Assembly (NCBI GenBank): GCA_013331805.1
Contig: DUFS01000017.1
Span: forward strand, 1 to 16,643
Reading direction: 5' to 3'
Length of the DNA stretch: 16,643 bases
Source of the DNA: Candidatus Micrarchaeota archaeon
Lineage (GTDB): Archaea; Micrarchaeota; Micrarchaeia; Anstonellales; Anstonellaceae
Of this stretch, positions 8,275-15,267 are shown piece after piece. The first letter of the stretch is position 1. Each line of letters starts with the position of its first letter. Position numbers and translations under genes: made by a program. The notes beneath the pieces are model-generated. The model made no database searches and was not told where the DNA came from. It was given only the letters and a program-made list of their open reading frames with translations.

Positions 8275-8288
8275 TCCCGGTCGGGGCG
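8275..8288 (+). repeat. att core copy 3
   Basis: TCCCGGTCGGGGCG identical to 11-24. Confidence 0.9.
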
Positions 8289-8436
8289 AAAAAGTCTTTT
8301 TCACGTCGGAGAATGGAAAATGGCGGGTTCGATTTAGGTATGCTACCGGCGTCAAACGCCCTATTTTCATGGTTTCGACATTTGTGGTTTCACGATAATC
8401 TTGGCTGGAATTCCTGTGGTTCCGACCTGTGCAGTC

Positions 8437-10035
8437 CTAGAGGGGGTCAGTACACGCATCATGTTCCTTCTCTTCCAAGAATTTTGCGAGTTCAACGCGG
8501 TATCTTTCTCTGTCAATATGTTTTGCCCTGCTAAAATATTTCTTGTATGAGCTGTTTTCAGAAAAACTCAGAATCTTGCCTATGATGAACATCTCCTCGA
8601 AGCATTCCGATGTCGGCAGGCGGTTTTTCTGGATAAGGGTGGCAGCCTTGCCAATGTCGCCTTTGCATGCGTGATATGCCGCTGCCAGAAAAACGTATTT
8701 TTCCCTCACGCTGTCGCTTGCCTCGGTGTAATCGTAGAATTCATCCGCGTCAGGCCCGCCATCCGTTTCCTTGACCCTGATGTCTGCCGCGAACTGGAGA
8801 CTGTTTGGTTCACGCATTAATGCCCGGATAAGAGTCAAATCGATTTCGGCATCCTCCACTTTTCCGCGGCTCTTCTCAAGGCAGGCGGCTGTTTCGCGCA
8901 GGAAAGACACGATTTCATCAGCTGCCATACCCCTCGTCTTGCGGCTGTATTCTTCATACCCTTTCTGGTCCGCCGGCGCGAAATTTTCCTTCATGAATTC
9001 CCGTTGCCGTTCCATAATATTCTCCCGCGTGAATGCCATGTCAAGGCCTTTGAGTTCCCTGTGCTCTTTCTTCTCAGCCTCTTGAAGCGCAAGGAAGCTT
9101 TTTTCAAACCCCGGCAAATCCCTTTTCACCAATGAGAGGTATGCCGAGATCAGCTCCTTTTCGTCCAGCAGGTCAATGCCGAAAATATAGCTCGTATCGT
9201 ATACCGCCTGCATAAACCCATCGCATCCAGCAAGGTAATCCTCAGCCATTGCGATGAATTTTTCGCGGTCGTTCGCCAATCCGAAAAAATCCTCAAGGAA
9301 TTCGTCAAAGCCCATGCCATGCCTTTCAATGAAACGGCGGTTGATTTCCATTATTTTCCTGTCCTGCACCTGGAATTTGCCCTTGCTCTTGTATTCCGCA
9401 ATTTCCTGCAGCCCGTGCTCGCGGCTGTATTGCAACAGCTGCTTGCTTTCCTCTTTTGCAGATTCCAGATCTGCCAGCATCTGGCTGAGCTTCGAGAATT
9501 CAGATATGCCGCTGAACAGGTCATCACTCGCAATCAGCCCTATGAAGGAATATTTGCCCGGGTGATTCGGGTTTTCTATCAGCCTCGCATTGACATTGCC
9601 GTTCTTGAAGCCAAGTTCCGATGAGCTGATTACGGTGAACGCTTCGTTGCTGTCAGCATCAACAAAGTGGAATTCCCGCAGGTCAAGCCCTTTCAAATCC
9701 TTTTCGCCTGTTTTTTCGCTGCGAATAAACTTCAGGCTCCGTCTTGTTGAATTTTTGATAAGCATAAACTCCTTTTTTTCGCCATCGCCAAGCGAACTGT
9801 AGAATGCACCCGAAAGGAAGTCGATGAGAAGCCTGCCCTCATGCAAATAATTGAAAAGCGCGTTCTCGATTATGAACTCATTGAATGTCTTTTCGCGCCT
9901 TTCCTTATTCTGACCGTGCGTGAAGTGTTCCATCACTGGCTCCAGGACAAGCAGCGACGAGTTGGTGACGTCGTCTACAATCCCGATTTTCTCAAGATAG
10001 CGGAAAGTGCTGTCGTAAACTTCCAGATATACCAT
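8437..10035 (-). CDS. Hypothetical protein (532 aa, acidic, mostly helical)
   Basis: Long ORF translationally coupled to the upstream gene (TAATG overlap). No family recognised. Confidence 0.8.
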   Translation of the reverse strand: MVYLEVYDSTFRYLEKIGIVDDVTNSSLLVLEPVMEHFTHGQNKERREKTFNEFIIENALFNYLHEGRLLIDFLSGAFYSSLGDGEKKEFMLIKNSTRRSLKFIRSEKTGEKDLKGLDLREFHFVDADSNEAFTVISSSELGFKNGNVNARLIENPNHPGKYSFIGLIASDDLFSGISEFSKLSQMLADLESAKEESKQLLQYSREHGLQEIAEYKSKGKFQVQDRKIMEINRRFIERHGMGFDEFLEDFFGLANDREKFIAMAEDYLAGCDGFMQAVYDTSYIFGIDLLDEKELISAYLSLVKRDLPGFEKSFLALQEAEKKEHRELKGLDMAFTRENIMERQREFMKENFAPADQKGYEEYSRKTRGMAADEIVSFLRETAACLEKSRGKVEDAEIDLTLIRALMREPNSLQFAADIRVKETDGGPDADEFYDYTEASDSVREKYVFLAAAYHACKGDIGKAATLIQKNRLPTSECFEEMFIIGKILSFSENSSYKKYFSRAKHIDRERYRVELAKFLEEKEHDACTDPL

Positions 10036-10430
10036 TATATCCCCGGTCTGGTTCGCAATCTCGTTCTTTTCCTCTCAGCCCTGAATGCGTGTGTGTCCCC
10101 ACAGTGGAAGCGGATTTCGCCCTCCGCGCGCGTGTCCGAAAGGAATGCCATCCAGCCGTCGCCGGATGCCTCGTCGCACTCGTCGTTCCCCGCCCACGTG
10201 AAATCGAACACGCACAGCCCTGTGCCTGTCGATGCGATGTACTTCCCGTCCATCTCCCCGGAAACGAGGATGAACTGGAAGCTTCCGTGCGCGCCCTTTT
10301 CAAGCGTAATGTGCGCCGGCACTTCCATGTCAATGTCCTTGCGGGCAAAGTCGTCCATGTGGACAAACCTCCACTTGCCGAGAAACCGGCTTTTCCAGCC
10401 GCTTGCCATTGCTTTTGCCACGTCTTTCAT
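10035..10430 (-). CDS. Conserved hypothetical beta-rich protein
   Basis: Pattern GKWRFVHM...FTWAGNDECDEASGDGW...GEIRFHCGD; ATGA overlap with the upstream gene. Confidence 0.8.
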   Translation of the reverse strand: MKDVAKAMASGWKSRFLGKWRFVHMDDFARKDIDMEVPAHITLEKGAHGSFQFILVSGEMDGKYIASTGTGLCVFDFTWAGNDECDEASGDGWMAFLSDTRAEGEIRFHCGDTHAFRAERKRTRLRTRPGI

Positions 10431-10993
10431 CCGTTATCCCCGCCCTCTTCAGTCCCTTCAATATCAATCCCGTCATCCTTGCCAAGCGTGCCGTCCAGCA
10501 GCATCTCGTAATAATCTGTGAGCGTGTCCTTGTGACCCCACCCTTCCGCGCTTTTGCCTATGATTTTCTCAATCCTTGGCTTGAACTGCGGAAGAAGTGA
10601 GGGATTGTCTTTCAGGAGCCCCAATGAGGATATGTACATGCTTTCCATACTGGAATAGAATGCCTCGTAAAGGTCGCCGTATTCGTTCTCCACCTCAATC
10701 CCAATCTCAACGTAGGAAACCATCATGTCTAGCATGAGTGGCAGCTCGGGCTTGAGCCTGCGGAAGTCAAGGACAGCCTGCCTTGCCGCGCGCAGGTTTA
10801 TCCTTTCGGAGAACAGCGCCTCCCATATCTTCTTTTTGTAGTATGCTGTTGTGGCGGGGAAGTCGCCCCTGCCCTTAAACCTCATTTCCAGCCATTCGGC
10901 ATTCTCCTTCTTCAAATTGGCAAAGTCAAGGATGATTGCACGAAGCTGACCAGCATCCAATTGAGAAATCTGCTCTTTTAGCTCGGAGTTCAT
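10427..10993 (-). CDS. DUF6155-like helical protein
   Basis: YYKKKI...LRAARQAVLDF...LDMMVSYVEIG...YGDLYEAFYSS resembles DUF6155 as recalled. GGAGG RBS. Confidence 0.7.
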   Translation of the reverse strand: MNSELKEQISQLDAGQLRAIILDFANLKKENAEWLEMRFKGRGDFPATTAYYKKKIWEALFSERINLRAARQAVLDFRRLKPELPLMLDMMVSYVEIGIEVENEYGDLYEAFYSSMESMYISSLGLLKDNPSLLPQFKPRIEKIIGKSAEGWGHKDTLTDYYEMLLDGTLGKDDGIDIEGTEEGGDNG

Positions 10994-10997
10994 TTCC

Positions 10998-11095
10998 TTA
11001 AACCTCCCAGTGTCCGCTGCTTGTCTTTCCCGCCCCGCGGATGGCGTTTTTGGCTTTGAGCTTTTCCAGGCATTCCTTCACTTTTTTTGACTCAT
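10998..11095 (-). pseudogene. Remnant of a wHTH C-terminus
   Basis: Reads KKVKECLEKLKAKNAIRGAGKTSSGHWEV*. The ATG at 11095 is out of frame across an A7 run. Confidence 0.5.
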
Positions 11096-11101
11096 TTCAG
11101 T

Positions 11102-11139
11102 ATACTAAACAATACTAAACTAATCTAATTGTTTAGTAT
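11102..11139. repeat. ATACTAAAC direct/inverted repeat cluster
   Basis: ATACTAAAC at 11102 and 11112; perfect 12-bp inverted repeat 11102-11113 / 11128-11139. Confidence 0.75.
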
Positions 11140-12431
11140 CATTTAACAATCTTGAAACTGCTGGCGCGCGCCCTCCCGGTTTTCTGTAAAAGCCCCAAGT
11201 GCACTAGATGGGCAAAATCCTTCACTGCGGCAGTGACGGAGATATCGTACTTCCTGGCCACGATGGTCGGCCGCAGCTGCTTGCCTTCCTGCATTGCAGC
11301 CAGGATGTGTTTCTGCCGCTCGTTCAGTTTTTGAGTCTGCATGCTCAACCGGACTGAGAACATCGGGTCTGTAACGAACTGCGGGTCTTTGAGGCCGTTC
11401 TGGCGCATGGACTGGTAGATTTTGAGGGTGCCCGTCCCCCATTTTTCAACATAGCCGCAAAGGTAGAGTGCATGGGCAACGTGGGGGTTCTTGATGACGG
11501 AAGAGTGGACGCTGGCCAAATCGTTGATGCTCAGCCCCTCCAGGCGCCCAGGATTCTTGATTTCCAGGTAGTCCGGGCCTATTGTCACGTAGATGTAGGA
11601 GGCGAAGAAGTAATCGCGGTGCACAATCGCGTTGACCAACGCCTCGCGGATGGCTTCCAGCGGGATGCGTAGTTTTTCGATGCGCCGCACGCCCTCCATA
11701 TGGATTTCCTTCGGAATCTGGGAAAGAATGAATTCCAATGTCTGTTCGACAGCCTGGATCAGGTTGCCGTCGAAATCATGCATGGCCCTAAATTCAAGGC
11801 CTGACGAGACAACTGCGCACCGGATGCCCCAGACCGGGAAAAAATCTGCCGGCTTTTTGCCAAAGAGCATCACCGCCCCGTTCTTGAGCTCCTTGCCGTC
11901 TATCAGGCTGAGCTTCGAAAGGATTTCGTCTGCCTTATTTGTTGGGTGGGAAAGACGGCTGGAAGCGGCAGCCATGGACACGAACCTGCGCAGGCTGGCC
12001 TCGTCCAAGTCGGACATGTTGGCATTTTGGCAGGGTGCGTCATCGAAAAAGACGGTCTTGTTCATGAAGAGGCTGCGCAGCTCTTCCGGGTCTGTGACCT
12101 TGAGGGTGGTTTTGTTCACTCGCTTGTAGGCGATGCCTTTGTAGAATATGGGCTTGCGCTTGGCGGGATGGACACGGATGCGGAGGATTTCATGCAGACC
12201 GCTCTTCTCGAAATCGGTTTCGAACACGACCGGCGGCGCGGTCTCATCGTGCATCTTCCTGGTGAATTGCTCGAGCTTGTGCTTCCCGATGCTGGCGCCC
12301 TTTGCGACGCCTTGGTCGGTCATTCCAACGTAGATTGTCCCGCCGTCTCCGTTGGCAAAGGCAGCCATGGTCTTGGCAATGCCGTCCTCGTCCAGGCTTT
12401 CCTTGAACTCTGTTTTCTGGTCTTCCTGCAT
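11139..12431 (-). CDS. AlbA_2 (Schlafen-like) + HATPase_c_4 + C-terminal wHTH protein
   Basis: EDQKTEFKES...AFANGDGGTIYVG (AlbA_2); AIREALVNAIVHRDY, EIKNPG, NPHVA and VEKWGTG (HATPase_c_4); C-terminal HTH. Confidence 0.92.
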   Translation of the reverse strand: MQEDQKTEFKESLDEDGIAKTMAAFANGDGGTIYVGMTDQGVAKGASIGKHKLEQFTRKMHDETAPPVVFETDFEKSGLHEILRIRVHPAKRKPIFYKGIAYKRVNKTTLKVTDPEELRSLFMNKTVFFDDAPCQNANMSDLDEASLRRFVSMAAASSRLSHPTNKADEILSKLSLIDGKELKNGAVMLFGKKPADFFPVWGIRCAVVSSGLEFRAMHDFDGNLIQAVEQTLEFILSQIPKEIHMEGVRRIEKLRIPLEAIREALVNAIVHRDYFFASYIYVTIGPDYLEIKNPGRLEGLSINDLASVHSSVIKNPHVAHALYLCGYVEKWGTGTLKIYQSMRQNGLKDPQFVTDPMFSVRLSMQTQKLNERQKHILAAMQEGKQLRPTIVARKYDISVTAAVKDFAHLVHLGLLQKTGRARASSFKIVK

Positions 12432-12452
12432 GCTGCTGTTTGGGCGAAGAGG

Positions 12453-12507
12453 GTTTATAATACTAATTAATACTAAACTTGCTTTCTTGTTTAATATAGT
12501 TTAGAAT
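12453..12507 (-). promoter_or_regulatory. TATA box overlapped by ATACTAAAC-type operator-like repeats
   Basis: Minus-strand TTATAAAC at 12453-12460. ATACTAAT at 12460 and ATACTAAAC at 12470; inverted GTTTAATAT at 12489 and GTTTAGAAT at 12499. Confidence 0.6.
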
Positions 12508-12596
12508 AAGCTATGGGGGCTAAAAAGCGAGTGAAAGGTGCCGCAGAAGTAGAGATTCCAACGTCAGTGCAACGCCAAACTCTAACTGTTTGTGCT

Positions 12597-12612
12597 AATC
12601 CCGGTCGGGGCG
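12597..12612 (+). repeat. att core copy 4
   Basis: AATCCCGGTCGGGGCG identical to 9-24 (16 bp). Confidence 0.92.
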
Positions 12613-12771
12613 AAGATCTGTCCACGTCGTAGAGTGAAAACGGGCGAGTTCGGTTTGGTGCACCTTACGAGACTATAGCTAAAGACTTAAATATGGAAAC
12701 ATTTTAGTTGCCGCTAATATCGACACTGCTGTGTCTATAGTTCGAGGAAACGATCGATCCGACAAATGAAT

Positions 12772-13758
12772 TTACTCTAGGATCTTAATCGGGGGCAGAT
12801 ATTTTGGAATATCCCTCCTCAGATCAAAAATTTCAAATAGGGTTGTGTTAAAAATTTTGTACAGTCTTGAAAGACTTGCGGCTATTTCTGATGCAGATTT
12901 TTCAAGCTGTTTCGCAATATCTTTGATTGAAACAGATAGCATGAGTTTGTCATTGCTGCTATCAGCCACTGAAGTCATTTTATCAATTAGCAATAGATCA
13001 AGCGTTGCTCGTTCAGTTGCACTCTTTGTCGGAGCAAATGTGATGGCATCGAATAGGTAGGCTTCGTCTGAGTAGAAACGAAGAGGGGAGTATTTCACGC
13101 CATAATGCAGAATTATGCGGTAGGCTAGGACATCGCACCTATCATAGTGGGGCGCAAATATTCCTTCATCGCGATAAAGACTGTCTAGCAAGGATTCTGG
13201 CTTAGAAAGCTTTTCATCCTGGGGGCGCTCAATGGAGTGCAAGCCAATATAAGGAATGTTCCGTTGGAGAGTACGAAGAAGGCCAAGATAAGTCAGCGCA
13301 TCAGGAACTGCCAACGGTTCAAAAGAAACTACTGCATCGAATTTCTCGTTGGGAATTTGCTCGAAACTCTTCTTCTCAGTCCGCAATCCAAGTGAACGCA
13401 GATGTTGAACCCAAAGGTCGCTTATGTCTGTGGCCAGGATCGCATATCCAGCATTTGCAAGGGATTTTGCAACTTTTCCTGTATATGCTGCTGGAAAATA
13501 TATCGAATGTAGCTTATGATTTATGATGCGTTCAGATGCAAGATATGTTTCAAGCTTTCTGAATTCTTCGGCATTGAAATTAAAATCGGCTTTTTCCTGC
13601 TTTTCGTGCGGTATTGGGTTTTCCCAGCCACACTCGGAATGAACCAGAGGCAAGGAACTCCTGAAGTCAGGTAATCGAAGTCGCATATTTGCTATGTTTT
13701 TAGGAGCTATGACAGACTTTGTAAACTCTCCTTTTCGAATGATAAGACTAGAACTCAT
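12772..13758 (-). CDS. Class I SAM-dependent methyltransferase-like protein with C-terminal HTH-like segment
   Basis: Degenerate motif I YFPAAYTG, then ILATDIS and KFDAVVSFEP; C-terminal SIKDIAKQLEKSASEIAASLSRL. Confidence 0.65.
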   Translation of the reverse strand: MSSSLIIRKGEFTKSVIAPKNIANMRLRLPDFRSSLPLVHSECGWENPIPHEKQEKADFNFNAEEFRKLETYLASERIINHKLHSIYFPAAYTGKVAKSLANAGYAILATDISDLWVQHLRSLGLRTEKKSFEQIPNEKFDAVVSFEPLAVPDALTYLGLLRTLQRNIPYIGLHSIERPQDEKLSKPESLLDSLYRDEGIFAPHYDRCDVLAYRIILHYGVKYSPLRFYSDEAYLFDAITFAPTKSATERATLDLLLIDKMTSVADSSNDKLMLSVSIKDIAKQLEKSASEIAASLSRLYKIFNTTLFEIFDLRRDIPKYLPPIKILE

Positions 13759-13922
13759 ATAGTTAAAATCAGTGGTTAAAAGTATAAAAATCTAGTGGCA
13801 CCCCCACAATTTCCTAGGATCTCTTTGGTCGGCTTGATACTGGATCGGTATCCTAACGGACGGTCTGTTGCAGCCTAAGGCGGTTTTATCCCTTTATACA
13901 CATTTTATCCCTAAAACCGCTA

Positions 13923-13970
13923 AGCTTCCAACGCCTTGCAGATGTTACCGATTAACCTTGGGCGGGCGGC
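13923..13970 (+). repeat. Module right-end arm repeat (copy of 14734-14781)
   Basis: 37/48 ungapped identity with 14734-14781 by manual alignment. Confidence 0.8.
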
Positions 13971-14027
13971 TCTCGACGTGGTGGCAAGGCTTTAAAACCT
14001 AGTCCGGCAGAATAAAACCATTGCTTC

Positions 14028-14067
14028 CCTGCGTTTGCCTGGTTCGAAAGGACTGGGCAACCGCAGG
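14028..14067 (+). promoter_or_regulatory. GAAA-tetraloop hairpin in the NYN gene leader
   Basis: CCTGCG-T-TTGCCTGGTTC-GAAA-GGACTGGGCAA-C-CGCAGG, with three G-U pairs. Confidence 0.6.
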
Positions 14068-14082
14068 CTAACGGTCCTTCTT

Positions 14083-14718
14083 ATGAAAACTTCTGCCGCG
14101 CTGTTCATAGACGGCTCCAACTTCTACCATTCGCTCAAGGCAGATGGCCATCTTCCCTTCAACGCCGAGCACTTTGGCAAGCTGTTCGAGCAGCTGTCTG
14201 ACAAGTTCGAGCTCAAGCGCATCTATTTCTATGACGCCCTCAAGGACAGGACAAAAGACCCTGAAGGCTACGCCAGGCAGCAGAAGTTCCATTCCAGCCT
14301 GTCGAAGCTCAGATTTCCCCTCAAGATAAAGACACGAAAGCTCCGCTACCTTGCCAATCTGACGCAAGAGGAAGTCGAAAATGCTGCAACTGCGGTTGGC
14401 ATTGTGGACTCCTGCAGGGAAAAGCTGTGGGCGCTGCTGCACAAGCTGGGGATGATCAGGCTGACAAAGGAGAAAGGCATTGACGTAATGCTGATTGCTG
14501 ATGCCATTGAGCTTGCAAGGACGAAGGATCATGAAGCGGTAATTCTCCTTTCTGGCGATGGCGACTATGTTCCTGGCATAGAGTTAATCCGAAAGTTCGG
14601 CGCCAGGACAGTGAACCTCCACCTCTACCGCGGCAGTTCTACCGAGCTTAGGAATTCCTGCCACCAGAGGATCCAGATCGAGTTTGACGAGGAAGGCACT
14701 TACCTGGAATATCACTGA
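14083..14718 (+). CDS. NYN domain (LabA/DUF88, PIN-like fold) ribonuclease
   Basis: FIDGSNFY, RIYFYD, EKGIDV, LLSGDGDY and STELRNSC motifs. ATG 14083 preferred over TTG 14035. Confidence 0.92.
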   Translation: MKTSAALFIDGSNFYHSLKADGHLPFNAEHFGKLFEQLSDKFELKRIYFYDALKDRTKDPEGYARQQKFHSSLSKLRFPLKIKTRKLRYLANLTQEEVENAATAVGIVDSCREKLWALLHKLGMIRLTKEKGIDVMLIADAIELARTKDHEAVILLSGDGDYVPGIELIRKFGARTVNLHLYRGSSTELRNSCHQRIQIEFDEEGTYLEYH

Positions 14719-14780
14719 AAAACGTCTGGCTTCAGCTTCCAACGGGGTGCAGGTGCTACAGCTTAACCTAATGCAGGCGG

Positions 14781-14794
14781 CCCGGTCGGGGCGC
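14781..14794 (+). repeat. att core copy 5 (outermost attR)
   Basis: CCCGGTCGGGGCGC identical to 12-25, followed by a pyrimidine-rich tract and host-like genes. Confidence 0.9.
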
Positions 14795-14856
14795 CCTCCC
14801 CCTCTCAAAAGACCTAAAAAGCCTGCTGATGATAACCTCTCAGCGGGGTGATTGCA

Positions 14857-15216
14857 ATGAAGAAGATCCTCATACTCGAAGACGACAGGGATTTTGCGGA
14901 AGTGGAGAAAATGCTGGTGCAGAAGGCGGGCTACGGGGTGGCAGTGACCCTGAACCCGAAAAAGGCGCTTGAGGACGTGAAAAAGTACGACCTGCTCCTC
15001 CTGGACATGATAATGGTCTCGAAATTCACTGGAAGGCAATTTTTGGAAAAGATGAAGGAGATGAAGGTAAAGACGCCGGTGATCATAGTCTCCGGCGTTC
15101 TTTTATCCGAGGTTTTCGCGGACGAGCTTGCCAAGAAATACCCCGGAGTCGGGTTTGTCCAGAAAACCTACATGAATGAGAAGCTCATTCCGATGATAAA
15201 GGACAAGATCGGGTAA
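14857..15216 (+). CDS. Stand-alone response regulator receiver (CheY-like)
   Basis: KILILEDD, DLLLLDMIM, PVIIVSG and FVQK motifs; GGGGTGA RBS. Confidence 0.9.
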   Translation: MKKILILEDDRDFAEVEKMLVQKAGYGVAVTLNPKKALEDVKKYDLLLLDMIMVSKFTGRQFLEKMKEMKVKTPVIIVSGVLLSEVFADELAKKYPGVGFVQKTYMNEKLIPMIKDKIG

Positions 15217-15267
15217 AGGCTGGCTGCTTTTTGTAAAACCAGGAGGCGCGAATTGGCAGGTGGAAGC

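Larger units (their letters stand above)
12..14794 (+). mobile_element. tRNA-integrated composite genomic island / tandem array of att-bounded modules
   Basis: Integrase sits next to the tRNA. The outermost direct repeat CCCGGTCGGGGCGC is at 12-25 and 14781-14794. Content is accessory, with AT-rich stretches; GC-rich host-like genes resume to the right. Confidence 0.85.

Noticed and set aside
8320..8335. GGGTTCGAT as a second tRNA T-loop
   Set aside because: No T-stem closure or cloverleaf around it.
8003..8534. Several short ORFs across the att/hairpin region
   Set aside because: GC-rich structured non-coding DNA yields spurious ORFs with no RBS or protein-like features.
9841..12470. Plus-strand ORFs such as 9841-10521, 11632-12129 and 11946-12470
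   Set aside because: Antisense shadows of well-supported minus-strand genes.
14035..14082. N-terminal extension of the NYN ORF from TTG 14035
   Set aside because: The region is a hairpin, and the NYN fold begins right after ATG 14083.
12580..14767. Classical integron attC sites (TAAC in the arms resembles RYYYAAC)
   Set aside because: No matching GTTRRRY boxes in attC geometry, and the integrase shows no evident IntI-specific insertion. Only a functional analogy is claimed.
12..14793. CRISPR array interpretation of the repeated 13-16 bp core
   Set aside because: The repeats are too short, spaced 92 bp to 8 kb apart, identical to a tRNA end, and no cas genes are present.
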